64,000 nucleotides of DNA. It comes from Octopus vulgaris. Taxonomy: Eukaryota. Numbering within the stretch: position 1 is the first letter of the stretch; each line of letters opens with the position of its first letter. The translations under genes were made by a program, and so were the position numbers. The stretch spans positions 71,486,001-71,550,000 of the forward strand of contig OX597828.1 in the NCBI GenBank assembly GCA_951406725.2. The letters are read 5' to 3'. This document shows positions 49,359-63,965 of this stretch, piece after piece. The notes under the pieces are model-generated. The model was not told the origin of the DNA. It saw only the letters and a program-made list of their open reading frames with translations, and did no database searches.

Positions 49359-49507
49359 TATGAGGGGCTACTGAAAAGTTCCTGGCTTTGGGTAAAAGAA
49401 AATACAGGAGAATCAGTTAATGATGTTATTCAACATATTCCCCCTCTCAGATTCACAAACTTATTGCAATAGTTCTTCAGTTTTTCTAAGCCCTGTAAAA
49501 GAACTTG
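49359..49507. mobile_element. Mariner terminal fragment
   Basis: TA-TGAGGGGCTACTGAAAAGTTCCTGGCTT TIR-like start. Confidence 0.55.
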
Positions 49508-50123
49508 GAAGTGCATGCTATCAAAGTGACGCTGGGGTAGAATATACAAAGCCCAATATACCCCATCATAACTACCCGTCTGATAGGGTACACCAAGCAC
49601 ATGCATCACGACCATGTGTGCTACATGGTGATGTCTCATATCAAGATAAACAGCACGTGACCTTGCAGGTGGGGGTTCAGTTAGAATTTTCTTTAGGTTG
49701 AGTAACCCAATCCGCTCAAACGGTCCCTGAATATGGGTTGTTTGAGGATGTTGAATGAAACACCCATGTTTCCAAAGGTGAATTATTCAAACCCCAAAGA
49801 ATCCCTCTCAACACGTGGCTATGATGCTCCCCCACTACTTCCACTCGTGATCAGAGATGCACATATCGTCAGCCACTAAGGGACGTGCTCAACTGGTTAT
49901 GGTCAAACAAGTGACAAGCAGATCTGTGGTATTGAGCAGAATATTTGCTCTAGCCCATCTTTTATACCAAGACATAACAATGTACATGATAACACTTCCA
50001 GTTAGTTAAGATGAGAAGCCATGAGAACCACTGCCTGGTACTAAACCTATTATTATTATTATTATTATAGACATTGCACAGTATACAATATCGTGAGGTT
50101 GTTAATTGAAGGTATTGTGTCTA

Positions 50124-50353
50124 GGCGGCGAGCTGGCAGAAATGTTAGCACACTGGGCAAAATGCGTAGCCGTATTTCGTCTGTCGTTACGTTCTGAGTT
50201 CAAATTCCGCCGAGGTCGACTTTGCCTTTCATGCTTTCGGGGTCGATAAATTAAGTACCAGTTATGCACTGGGGTCGATGTAATCGACTTAATACCTATG
50301 TCTGTCCTTGTTAGTCCCCTCTGTCTTTAGTCCCTTGTGGGTAATAAAGAAAT
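50124..50353 (+). mobile_element. Full-length tRNA-derived SINE with 14-bp TSD
   Basis: TSD aggtattgtgtcta at 50110-50123 and 50354-50367; A and B boxes present. Confidence 0.92.
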
Positions 50354-52106
50354 AGGTATTGTGTCTACCTGGGGTTTGTACTGTTTGCAAAGTCACAACA
50401 AGGACCACAGACAGACACTACTTTATGCAATATGCATGCAGTTCCAAGTAATGCCGACTTTTGCAATACACCTGGATTGTGGGGTATTTCTGAGGTTTTC
50501 AGACGTTCTTTTCAGATTGGGTGATATTGAACCCAAGATCCAGTAATGACAGGGATATTATTATGATTATTAATAATTGCAATAATGAGTAAAGAAGTGA
50601 GTCTAACTTCCCAAATGTTTTAAGATGTGTCACAGGATAATCTTAGAATAATCACTGTTGCTCTTGATATGATCATCTCTGTTGACATCACCACCGCCAC
50701 TGCCGTCGTCACCGCCACCGCCACCACCACCACCACCACCACCACCAACAGCAACAACAACTTGTCTCAGTAGTTCCTCTTGTATTGTCATATTGAAGAT
50801 GTCCTGGTGCAATACTTGAAAGCAGTCCACTTTTAAGAGAGAGAGAGAGTGAGTGAGAGAGAGAGGGAAATAGATAGATAAGGAGAGAGTGAGTGAGTGA
50901 GTGAGTGAGAGAGAGAGGGAGATAGATAAAGAGAGAGTGAGTGAGAGAGAGTAAAAGAGAGAGAGAGAGATTAATGATGGAAACAGTCCTGGGTGAGTCT
51001 TAATAGGACCAATCCTTTGTTTTTGAGAGAAAGAGGAGAAAGCTTTCTTTTCCTGTGCACGCGCACACACATACACAAGCACAAAGACACATGCACACAC
51101 ACGCACACACAAAGACAAACACATACAAATGTATATGTATATATATATATACATATATATACACACATATATATAGACCTGTAATTCCTAAAACTATTTC
51201 ATATCTTTGTTAGTTACAGAGGATGTTAGATGGCTAAATTTTATAACTCACAGTGGAATTTTATTGGTAAGTATATCACCAAAGTCTCTGTCTGTCTGTC
51301 TGTCTCCCCAGTTCTCCGTATATCTCTAAAAACAAAAACACACAAACAGTGCCATTGCCACCGTCACAACCACCACCACCACCATTTGTGCCACTGCTAT
51401 CAATATCATAAGAATTGCTTGATAAACTTGACTGCTAGAAATAGCAGTCAAATTTACCACAGAATCGAACTCCAACTGAAACAAATAAGGAAGGGCACAT
51501 CGTATGAGGTTCTCCTAAATGCTTAAAAATCACTGGCTGGTTGGTCATGGCAGGAACACTTTTTGTCATAACTCTGCTCTGTTAGCATTCATCTGGAGCT
51601 AAACAGCAGCACTGTTTTTATATGTCAATAAGGGAGTCACTACAATAGGGGTTCCCAACCCTTTTATTTAAATGAGTTTTCCCACAGACCCCTTTTAATA
51701 TGCTCATCCTTATGTATTGATATATTCTTTTATTCTTTTATTGTTTTACTTGTTTCAGTCATTTGACTGTGGCTATGCTGGAGCACTACCTTTAGTCAAG
51801 CAAATCATCCCCAGGACTTATTCTTTGTAAGCCTAGTACTTATTCTCTCGGTCTCTTTTGCCGAACTGCTAAGTTATGGAGTATGTAAACACACAAACAT
51901 TGGTTGTCAAGTGATGTTGGGGGGACAAACATAGACACATAAACATACACACACACAGACACACACACACACACACACATATATGCATAGTCGGAATTTT
52001 AAAAAAAACAAAAGATGAAGACAGGTGTATAAATAACAAACAGGTATATTAGTTTAACGTTCGTGAAGGTGAGAAAGTCTTTTCCGTTTCAAGCCTATGC
52101 TCTTCA

Positions 52107-52157
<51 letters not shown>

Positions 52158-52403
52158 CATACACACATATATATGTATATACATATATAAAAAGTTACTT
52201 GGAGGAGATGAAATGAAACGAAATCGAATCGGATCGACGCAAGGGTGCTCAGTCATACAATAGTGTAATAAATAAAATATATGCATACATACATACATAT
52301 ATGTACGTACCTACATCTACATGTATATATACATGCATATATAAATATATATATATTTAGAACTCAACGAGAAACGAAAACGTAAAAACAAACATGGAAA
52401 CGG

Positions 52404-52450
<47 letters not shown>

Positions 52451-53231
52451 TTTATACATACACACACACACACATATATGAAATTTTGAATTTAATTCAT
52501 GGACCCCCCAGTACTACCTTTGTGAGCCACCATGGGTCCGCAGACCCCAGGGTGGGAATCACTGCACCACAAGGTTACTTGATATGTTAGAAATAATAGC
52601 TAAATCTCCCCCAGACCATCCATCCCTTGTGTCTAGTGCAGTTTTTCTCAATAATTTTCTTTATCTTTGGAGCCCCTTTGATTTGTATTTTACTCGGGTG
52701 GATGCCCATAGCTATTTGATGCTTAGAAAAAATTCCATTATATTTTTTATAATTAAATATTATTAGGAATTATATAAAAAATTGATTAAAATATTTTGTT
52801 AATTGTAGAAGTATAAGCAATTTATTGCAGATAAGTTTTAACAAATGAAATCTTATGTGGACCCCAAGGTCATGTGACTCTGAAGGGTCATGTGGACTTC
52901 CTAGGATTATTTGGACCCCAATTGAAAGCAACTAGTTTAGGGGCCAAGAAATCCATAAGTCTCTTTGTAATTGAAGAATAATATAAGATTTGTGTTTTAC
53001 TTTGAGGTACATTTGGGTAGACCGTGGGGGTACATATTGATTGACTTAATGGCAGAGGTACATGTCAATAGACTGTCTGTGATTAATCTTGATATACTGG
53101 GGTACCAGTTGCTGGACTGAGGTACATGTTGATAGACAGAGGTAGATCTGGAAAGGCTGAGGTAGTACATCTTTAGACAAGGGTACAACTTATTAAATAG
53201 GGGTGCATCTTGATAGACAAAAATAAATCTT

Positions 53232-53428
53232 CATTATTTACATTAGACAGATATTTATCCTCATCTTGTTTGTTGTTAACACAACGTTTTGGCTGATGTA
53301 CCTACCCTCCAGCCTTCATCAGGTGTCCTGGGGGAATTTTGAATGCCATATGCTTGTAGGCATATGGTATAGTGGTTAAGAGCGCAGGCTACTAATCCCA
53401 ACATTCTGAGTTCAATTCCAAGCAGTGA

Positions 53429-53472
<44 letters not shown>

Positions 53473-53612
53473 TTGGAAAAATATCTTAGGAATGAGAACC
53501 CAGGTTTGAAATTCCCCCATGACACCTGATGAAGGCTGGAGGGTATATCAGCCGAAACGTTGTGTTAACAACAAACAAGATGAGGACAGATATCCATCAA
53601 ATGTAAATAATG
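53232..53612. mobile_element. Penelope-type inverted repeat with hammerhead motifs around a tRNA-like SINE head and (AAT)n
   Basis: Arms ~53232-53343 and ~53506-53612; a fragment of the same arm recurs at ~60497-60540. Confidence 0.8.
53521..53566 (+). ncRNA. Minimal type I hammerhead ribozyme motif
   Basis: GACAC-CTGATGA-A-GGCTG..CAGCC-GAAA-C-GTT-GTGTT with palindromic AACGTT; the left-arm copy has GAAA changed to AAAA. Confidence 0.7.
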
Positions 53613-53939
53613 TACACGATTCTTCATCTCTCAAATATAGAACCAAAAGTACATCTTGTTAGCTACAAATACATTTTGTTAAACAGAAGCAAATGTTCTT
53701 AGGCAGGGGAATATCTTGTTAGATATGGATACAGTTCATTATATATGGTTACATGTTGTTAGGTAGGGGTATATCTTGTAAGTTAAGATATATGCTATAT
53801 GCTGACTGATGCTAATTTTGAAAAAAACCAAAGTATACCTGGATAGATTGTGGTACATGTTGATAAATCAAGTGAGGTACATCTTGACTGATTGAAGTAA
53901 ATAGAGTGAAATACAACTTGGCGGTAAATGTAGTTAGAC

Positions 53940-54606
53940 CAGAGGTTTTCAAACTTTTTGGGCCACCGCCCCACTCATGGCCACATAATACCCTCAGCGT
54001 CCCCACCCCTATTTTTGTGTATAAATAAATATTTTATATTTTACTAATTTATATATACTATGAATCATTTGATATTTAATATAACATTATATAATTTGTA
54101 TGTGAAGGTGCATGGCTCAGTGGTTAGAGTGTCGATCTTACGATCGTGAGGTTGTGAGTTCGATTCCTGGACCAGGCTGCGTGTTGTGTTCGTGAGCAAG
54201 ACACTTTATTTCATGTTGCTCCAGTTCACTCAGCTGTAGAAATGAGTTGTGATGTCACTGGTGCCAAGCTGTATCGGCCCCTTTGCCTTTCCCTTGGATA
54301 ACACCAGTGGTTTGGGGAAGGGAGGCTGGTATGCATGGGCGAATGCTGGCTTTCCATAACCAACCTTGCCTGGACTTGTGCCTCGGAGGGTAACTTTGTA
54401 GATGCAATCCCATGGTCATTCATGACCGAAGGGAGTCTCCTTTATAATTTGTATACAATACTATAATAATATTATAATAAATTCATAGTGTCTCCCAATG
54501 GCTCCCTTTTTTCTATCCCCTCCCAGCTCCCTTTAGGCACTAGTGCCCACCTGGACCGTCTCAACGCTGGCCGGCGGGGCGGTAGCACCTACTCTGAGAA
54601 CCTATG
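53940..54606. mobile_element. hAT-like MITE with nested SINE (54106-54440)
   Basis: TIRs CAGAGGTTTTCA / TGAGAACCTATG; 8-bp TSD agttagac / ggttagac. Confidence 0.8.
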
Positions 54607-55494
54607 GGTTAGACTGTTGTGTATCTTGATATACTAAAGTACATAGGTAACAATCAGGGACAGGTCTTGAGAGATTGTGGTACATTGAAACTGACAAAGG
54701 TACACTATGATTTAGAGAGGTACGTTTTAATTGATTCAGCTGTACATTAATGGCTGAGGTACATCTTGATAAACAGAAGAACATTTTGGACAGACTGAGG
54801 TACATATATATATACATCCTTTCTATTGTATTTTTAATTTTTTAAGTGTATCAGTCATTAGACTGTGGCCATGCTGGGGCATCACCTTGAAGAATTTTAG
54901 TTGACCTTGCTATTTAATCTGTTACTCTCATTTGCTGAACTGTTAAGTTACAGGGATGTAAACAAACCAACAAAGGTTGCTAAACATACACACACATACA
55001 CACATGCAGTCACACTCCCACTCATGTAGCTTGCTTCCCAATCAGATGGTTCTGGGTTCAGTCCCACTGCATGGCACCTTGGGCAAGTGTCTTCTACTAC
55101 AGCCTCAGGCTGATCAAAGCCTTGTGAGTGGATTTGGTAGATGGAAACTGAAAGAAGCCTGTCATATATATATATATATATACATATGTGTGTGTGTGTG
55201 TTGTGTGTTTATGTTTGTGTGTCTGTGTTTGTACCCCCCTCTGTCACTTGACAACCGATGTTGATGTGTTTACGTCAGAGGGTATTGCATAAGTAACTTA
55301 TAATGAACTCATCATGGGAAATTTAGGACATGAGCGTATCAATAAGAGAAAACTTGGTGGGACTAAGATGTGATGTTAGTGTTTGTTACTTTATGCTGAT
55401 CAACTAGCACTTGACTATGAATAATTGGGTACACTACCAGCAGTATATTGGATAGGTACTATCCCTTAGTTGGTTTCTCAACCAGAAATATATG

Positions 55495-55543
<49 letters not shown>

Positions 55544-56193
55544 TTGGATGAATGTATGTTCGTCCTTTAATTGGACATTTTTTTCCTAAGATTTCTGATG
55601 TCTTTTCTTCATACATTACTTTCAAATTTTTTTTAATAAAATATTCCTAGAGGTATGAAAGCTTGTATTGAAATTATCCGTATATGATTTAACTTATTAA
55701 ACAAAGTTCAACAAATTCATTCAAAATAATGGAATGAAGGAGACTGGATGTTAAAATGGATTATATTTTTTATTTTTTATATTGCTATACAATTGTTTCC
55801 TACAAATGGACCCAGATATTCATAAATATATATATATATATACACATACATACTCACAGACACAAATACACAAGTGCCCCATCAGATATACAAACACACA
55901 CACACATATGTACTTTCAATAATTGATAAATGGTAAAATTAATTAATTAATTAATAATTAATACTTTTACCAAGTAGTTTGGTATGTCAAAGTAACCTTT
56001 ATTGGTAACCTTATACAAAAATTCTATAATTATAAGCATAATTAAAATTAGGGTTCAGCAAATTGCTTCACCATTTACCGAAATTTAGAAATAGCAGTTA
56101 AATACTATTCCTCTACCATAAGATATCTCCCAGAGAGCATTGGTTTCCACTTCTGATTTCAAATCAAAAATCTTGCAAAAGAAATTCACAAAC

Positions 56194-56341
56194 AGGCACA
56201 GGAGTGGCTGTGTGGTAAGTGGCTTGCTTACCAACTACTGCGTGGCACCTTGGGCAAGTGTCTTCTGCTATAGCCTTGGACTGACCAAAGCCTTGTGAGT
56301 GGATTTGGTAGACGGAAACTGAAAGAAGCCTGTCGTATATT

Positions 56342-56393
<52 letters not shown>

Positions 56394-56600
56394 TTTGTGT
56401 ATCTGTGTTTGTCTCCCCCAGCATCGCTTGGCAACCAATGCTGGTGTGTTTACAACCCCATAACTTAGCAGTTTGGCAAAAGATACCAATAGAATAAGTA
56501 CTAGGTTTACAAAGAATAAGTTCTGGGCTCGATTTGTTTGACTAAAGGTGGTGCTCCAGCATGGCTGCTGTCAAATGACTGAAACGAGTAAAAGAATAAA
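56194..56600 (+). mobile_element. tRNA-derived SINE with internal (TA)(TG) tract (abundant family)
   Basis: Head GGCACAGGAGTGGCTGTGTGG; related copies at ~13533-13825, 14715-14970, 40205-40610, 43965-44300, 51745-51960 and 62250-63200. Confidence 0.85.
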
Positions 56601-57619
56601 ATAAAACATATATTTTCATACCTAGTGGTGGTGGTGGGGGGGAACTATCCCCTTTTCTTTTGATAGTCACTTGCAACTGCTCCCTAAGGTTTTCCCTCCA
56701 ACTAAGAGGCAGATTTAAAATCACTGAAAATTTTAGCATGCAATCGTGTTGTCTTGGGTTCAATCCCATTGTGCTGCACTTTGGGCTTGGTCCCTTCTAC
56801 TATTTCCCCAGGCTGTCCAATATCTTCTGAGTGAGGGTTAGGGTTGATGGAAACTGTGTGGAAGCCACTCACATATATGATTGGCACTCTGTCAGTAATG
56901 ATGCTGTGTTCCAATTGATCTGATCAACGGAATGGCCTGCTTGTGAAATTAACATGCTTGTGGCCGAGTACTCCACAGGCACATGTACCCTTAATATAGT
57001 TCTCAGGGAGATTCAGTGTGAAAAGGCTGGCCCCCTGTGAATTACAGGTACAACTCAATTTTGCCAGTGGAGTGGACTGGGAAAATAATGAAATAAAGTG
57101 TCTTGTTCAAGGACACAATGTGCCACTAGGAACCAAACTCACAGCCTCATGATTGGAGCCAATTACCCTAACCACTTAGCCACACACCCACACACTGTAA
57201 ATTTACATACACACACACTCGCATGTGTGCGTGTTTACCCCATACCCCACTGGCTGACAACTGGTGTTGGTTTGTTTACATTCCCATAACTTAGTCGTTT
57301 GGTAAATGATATCAATAAAATAAGTAGGAGATATGAATAAAAATAAGTTTGGAATGTAGTGATGTATTTGACTAAAAGCTTTCGAGGCAATGCCCCAGTA
57401 TGGCCACAGTCCAGTGACTGAAACCAATAAAAGAAAAGAGAGATGGAAACAGAGACTTGCATGCCTCCGAATATTTCTGCCAATGCACCATCCCTGGACT
57501 TTAAGAACCTAGAAAAGATGAAAGTAAAATCCCATCCCAGCAGGATTTGAACTCACAGCAAATAGAGTTGGAACATATACAGCACTCAAATGAATTTGCC
57601 ACCAATTCACCTCCTGCTA

Positions 57620-58100
57620 CTGTTATTCATTCATTCATTGTTCGATCGTGGTCGAAACAATGGAATTTACCATGTTACGCCAGACCTCACGGTCCATCAT
57701 AGCATTACGGAGGTCCTGTTGCTGGATGCCTGTATCCCTGGAGATTACATCAGGGTAGGAGTGTGTGCGCCCTCTGGTATTGCGAGCAGATGGCTTCCAG
57801 AGGAGAAAAGTAGAAATTACCTAGTTTTCAACTCTACAACAATGTCCAGCAAACTGGACTCTTCTACCTTTCCCAAGATATGATACAGGTGGTAATTTCC
57901 CATATATTTGTACGTTGGTTGGATGACGCTTCACGAGAGATTTTGAGCTCTCATAAGGAGGCAAGTGTAAGTTCCATCCAACCGCCTCTCAAGCTTCTTT
58001 GATAATGTCCAGGTTTCTGAGCCATATAATAGAGTTGGTTCGACTGTGGCTTTGAAGATTTTAAGTTTGAAATCTCTACTTAGATTTGATGACCAGATCA
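57620..58100 (-). mobile_element. RTE-like LINE 3' fragment (second family)
   Basis: KLKIFKATVEPTLLYGSETWTL motif; (GAAT)n tail near 57625. Confidence 0.75.
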
Positions 58101-59530
58101 TTACTGTTATAGCCACCATGCTAATTTAATCACTGCTGTTATAGTCCCTGTGTTAATTTACACATTGCCATTATAGTCACACAGTATAATCACTGTGTAA
58201 AGCTACACACTGCTGTTATGGTTACATGTTATATCAATTATGTCAATAGCCTTACTTGTGTTGAGAGCATGCCTTATGCACACTGTGCAAAGTTATGCCA
58301 TACAATTGTCTTATATTGTGACATGTTGTCATTAAGAGTTCCTTGCTTCTAAATTGAGGATGTTCACAGGGAGGATTCCTTTCCATCTCTTGCTGCATGC
58401 CTCCTCCACCACCACCTCCTCCTCCTCCTCCCCTCCCCTATCATCCTCACCACCACTGCCCCACCATCTTTACATGTACACATACCGCAGAAGTATTTCG
58501 ACTAGAAGCTAATTATCACGACAAGAGGATACGGCCGTGAGTCAGTTGGACTAATTACTTCCCAATCCCTGTTGTTGTTGTTCGTTAATTTCCCTGTATT
58601 ATCTCTCACCATAATTCTGTTTGGAGGTAAATTAACATAGGAAACAGCCTACGGTTATAGTGTTGTAATACATTGATACATACATTCATGCATGCATATG
58701 TATGTGTGTGTGTGTGTGTGCGTGTATATATAAATACATATATATATGATATATAATATATGTCAATATATCATCATCATCATCATCATCGTTTAACGTC
58801 CGTTCTCCATGCTAGCATGGGTTGGACAATATAATATATAATAAGTATATATCATATAATATATATATATAAATAATTTATAATATATGTATTTATAATA
58901 TATATATAATACTTTATATATATATATATATATATATTAATATGTAATAAAGTGAAGTTGTAAGGTATCGCACGAGTGGAATTATATATGAAAGATGGTT
59001 TGAAAATGCAATTTTAAAGATGTTCATTCACTTGACCGGTTTCACTTTTTTAGAAAAAGATTGTCAAAAGTAACATGTAATAGCTTTGTTGTGTTAGGTA
59101 CTGGTTGTCATAAAATATTAAAATACATATATACATTCTTTGATAATAATAAGAACATGTTTAAAAACAGTTTACAGAAAAAATCTTGAGAAATTATTAA
59201 AAAGTTCATAAAGAATATTAGGATTTCATTAGAAATCATGTTTGTTTGGAAGTATCTATATATATACACAGAAAATTATAAGTTCAAAAAGGTCATATTT
59301 TTTGTAGTATATATATACACAGAAGGAGATATATTTAGTTTACAAAGAATTTGGGATGAACTGACCTGTTTCACCATTTTATTTTCTATTTCAAGGGACG
59401 TAGGAGGTGTGTTTGGGTGGGGAGAAGGAAGAGCAATGTAGAATTGAAAAGAAGTTTTTGTTTCTCTTTCAAGGTTCAGTGGTTTTGGGGATCGGTCTTT
59501 AGAGGTCAGAATGGTGTGAGTGTGTGTGTT

Positions 59531-59579
<49 letters not shown>

Positions 59580-59667
59580 AGAGTTTATGAAAAAAAACAA
59601 AAGACGAAGACAGGTGGTGTACAAAACAAACAGATGTATTAGTATAACGCTCAAAAATAGAAAATGT

Positions 59668-59703
59668 CTTTTACGTTTCGAGCCTACGCTCTTCTACAGA
59701 AAG
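59668..59703 (-). ncRNA. Minimal hammerhead-like motif, variant core CUGUAGA
   Basis: CTTT-CTGTAGA-A-GAGC gtag GCTC-GAAA-C-GTA-AAAG. Confidence 0.5.
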
Positions 59704-59768
59704 GGACACAGAAAAAACAAGGAGCGAAAAAAATGTATGTAGTGGCTAACGATCTATCATGGCGACTG

Positions 59769-59827
<59 letters not shown>

Positions 59828-60076
59828 GTGTGTTTGTGTTTGTGGGCCGTTTTTGATTGGTCCCAGTGTTTATTGTGGTGTATGTAAATGTGTCTGTGTG
59901 TGTTTAATATTTGGTAGGATGGTGTGTGTATATGAGTGCAGGTTTGTGTGAGTGTGTGTGTGTGTATGTGTGTGGTTAATATTTGTTAGAGTGTTGTGTG
60001 TGTATGTGTATGTATTAATATGTATATATAATATATAATGCATGTATATATACATACATCTATATATGTAATATAT

Positions 60077-60152
<76 letters not shown>

Positions 60153-60640
60153 ATGCAAGGGCCCTCTTTGGTCATGAATGATCATGGGATTGCACCCTCT
60201 GAGGCACAAATCAGGTCAAGGTTGTTTATGGAAGATATGCAAATAAAGAAGCCTGAGGAATTTTTCAATGTAACAAATCTATTTGGAAAAAAGGCAACCA
60301 TCAATTGCATCAACATAACAGAAGAGGATGTAATATTTCAGCCATTGATGAGATGAGATCAAACTCAGCAATGGGCCTAGGTGGACTCTCGGCTCTTCTC
60401 TTAAAGACATGTAAAAAAGGCTCTAGCAAAGCCACTGTAGATACTCTTTCGGAGTTTCCTTGCATGTGGTAAACTTCCCAACATGTTAAAAGAGTACATT
60501 ATTTACATTTGATGGATATTTGTCCCCATCTTGTTTGTTGCTTCACGCAGCACTCATGCAAGCAGTAGCTATCTGATATTATTTAAACAAATAGGAACCA
60601 TGGAGTAAATCTAATGTCAGCTACTCCATTCTTCACTTCT

Positions 60641-61242
60641 ACAGGGTGCGGTGAATAAATTGTCATCTAAATTATGCAAAAATGAAAACAACACCGACAT
60701 CTCATTTTAACAGATATATTTACCAAAATTACATAAAAATATCTTGAAATACTAAAGAGTAAATTTATTCAATAAAATCGCCATTGGCTTCAAGCATGAC
60801 TTTGGAATCTCCTGCAACTCTTCTGGATGGTCTCCTTGTTTAATGCTGCCATAATCCTTGCCCTCAGTTCATCTTTAGTGTTGCAAGGAGTTTTGTTGGT
60901 CTCTCACTCAACTGTGCCCCACACATAATAATCAAGAGGGTTGCCACCAGGGGAGTAAGGTGGCCAGACGTTAGGAGGTGGTGTGGTGGCAGAAATTGTC
61001 TGACAGTCATTACTGGGTACTCCTGCTTGTATGGAATGGGACAGAGTCCTGTTGTCAGACATAGGGTCTTCCAGCATCCACCCCCTTGACTCTAAGCAGC
61101 ACAACCTCCTCCTGGATGTAGGCCTCCGTGTTAAGTCTGAGGCCATAAGAGAGAGATGAATGGAGGCATAACGTTGCCATCACTAGCGATCACTCCAAAC
61201 ACCATGATGTTGATTGGATGTTTGATTTTTATCACTCTCAGT

Positions 61243-61243
<1 letters not shown>
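60641..61243 (-). mobile_element. Decayed Tc1/mariner-superfamily transposon
   Basis: WPPYSPGGNPLDYYVWG resembles WPPNSPDLNPLD; TA-CAGGGTG terminal motif at 60641. Confidence 0.7.
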
Positions 61244-61302
<59 letters not shown>

Positions 61303-61752
61303 TAGATAGATAGATATAGATATATATACACATATATATAAATATATCTCCATATATATATATATATATATATACATACATACACACACGCACACACATA
61401 CAAACATATATATATGTAAACAGAGTTAGCAGTTACAATAACCAACTAAGGGATAAAATATCCGTATATACTATCGGTATCTGTTATCTGTATTATCCCC
61501 GGGTATTAGTGTGCAGACACACCATATACACGAAGAGTGCAGATAATAACAGAATAAGCAAGAGTTTATCAGGAACCAGTGCAAATAATAAGAAAATGGA
61601 GGAAACCACAGATTAACCAACACATCGACTGGACCACATTTACAGATTATTCTTTAATACAAAGCATGACATAACAAAATAGGTGAAGTAACATGTGTTA
61701 CGACCGTTACCTGTGATTTTCCCATTTTCTAATTATTTGCATTATATATATT

Positions 61753-61754
<2 letters not shown>

Positions 61755-61816
<62 letters not shown>

Positions 61817-61832
61817 TGGTCTGGTCGGTATT

Positions 61833-61870
<38 letters not shown>

Positions 61871-61881
61871 TATTCATATAC

Positions 61882-61918
<37 letters not shown>

Positions 61919-61971
61919 ATTATAGATATATATATACATATACATATATGGTCTGGTCGGTCATGTGTCAC

Positions 61972-62048
<77 letters not shown>

Positions 62049-62080
62049 TATATACATATACGGTCTGGTCGGTCATGTGT

Positions 62081-62119
<39 letters not shown>

Positions 62120-62120
62120 T
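61755..62120. repeat. Compound (TA)n minisatellite with three GGTCTGGTCGGT units
   Basis: Units at ~61818, ~61949 and ~62062; they resemble the 3' end of the SINE at 11508. Confidence 0.75.
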
Positions 62121-62281
62121 ATTCATATACATTTATATTCATACATACACACACATACACATATTAAAATTATAAATATTTTTTTCTTCCCATGCTGCCA
62201 TTAGATTTTATCATTATTTAAAATAACAATCTTATACTTATATATCGTGTGTGGATTTGGTAGATGGAAACTGAAAGAAGC

Positions 62282-62369
<88 letters not shown>

Positions 62370-62469
62370 ATATATATATCTGTGAATATATATATATAAA
62401 TATACGGAGTAAACACATAAATGTGAAACAAGGTGGAAAAAAGAGTACTCAAATACCAGAGGTAGAGTA

Positions 62470-62573
62470 ATATGCTTTATTTAAAGCAGCAGAAATTTAA
62501 CAAAAGCTGTTACCCAGAGTTTCACGAGTAACAGCTTTTGTTAAATTTCTGCTGCTTTTAAATAAAGTATATA
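62470..62573. repeat. Foldback hairpin with ~44-bp arms
   Basis: 62470-62513 versus 62528-62573. Confidence 0.85.
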
Positions 62574-62577
62574 TAAA

Positions 62578-62994
<417 letters not shown>

Positions 62995-63600
62995 CTATAG
63001 ATGTATGTGTGTGTGTTTGTCCCCCAAACATCACTTGGCAACCGACGCTGGTGTGTTTACGTCCCCCGTAACTTAGCGGTTCGGCAAAAAAAGCTGATAG
63101 AATAAGTACTTGGCTTACAAAATTTGATTTACTTGACTAAAGGCGGTGCTCCAGCATGGCTGCAGTCAAATGACTGAAAAAAATGAAAGAATAAAAGAAT
63201 ATATATATATATATCCATACCCACAGTACTCCTTTGGTTACAGCGATGAGGGTTCCAGTTGATCCAATCAACGGAACAGCCTGGTCGTAAAATTAACATG
63301 CATGTGGTTGAGTACTCCACAGACATGCGTACCCTTAACGTAGTTCTCAGGGAGATTTGGCATGACACAGAGTGTGTGACAAGGCTGGCCCCTTTGAAAT
63401 ACAGTTACAACAGAAACAGAGAGTGAGAGAAAGTTGTGGTGAAAGAGTACAGCAGGGTTCGCCACCACTCCCTGCCAGGCCTTATGGAGCTTTAGGTATT
63501 TTCACTCAGTAAATACTCACAACGCCTAGTCTGGGAATTGAAACCGCAATCGTACGACTGTGAGTCCGCTGCCCTAACCACTGGGCCATTGTGCCTCCAA

Positions 63601-63605
63601 CATAC

Positions 63606-63690
<85 letters not shown>

Positions 63691-63888
63691 CATACATATA
63701 TATATACATATATATATATATACATACATATATATATATATACATACATATATATACATATATATATATACATACATATATATATATACATACATATATA
63801 TATATACATACATATATATATATACATACATATATATATATACATACATACATATATATATACATACATACATACATACATACATACA

Positions 63889-63961
<73 letters not shown>

Positions 63962-63965
63962 ATAT
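63601..63965. repeat. (TA)n/(TACA)n compound microsatellite
   Basis: Directly visible in the sequence. Confidence 0.95.

Larger units (their letters stand above)
52995..54810. repeat. Degenerate ~21-bp tandem array (GAGGTACATCTTGATAGAC-like) split by nested insertions
   Basis: Units at ~52995-53230, ~53640-53935 and ~54615-54810. Confidence 0.7.

Noticed and set aside
59025-59075. GAAA-CCGG-TC hammerhead remnant on the minus strand
   Set aside because: CUGANGA box too degraded to call; at most an old Penelope relic.
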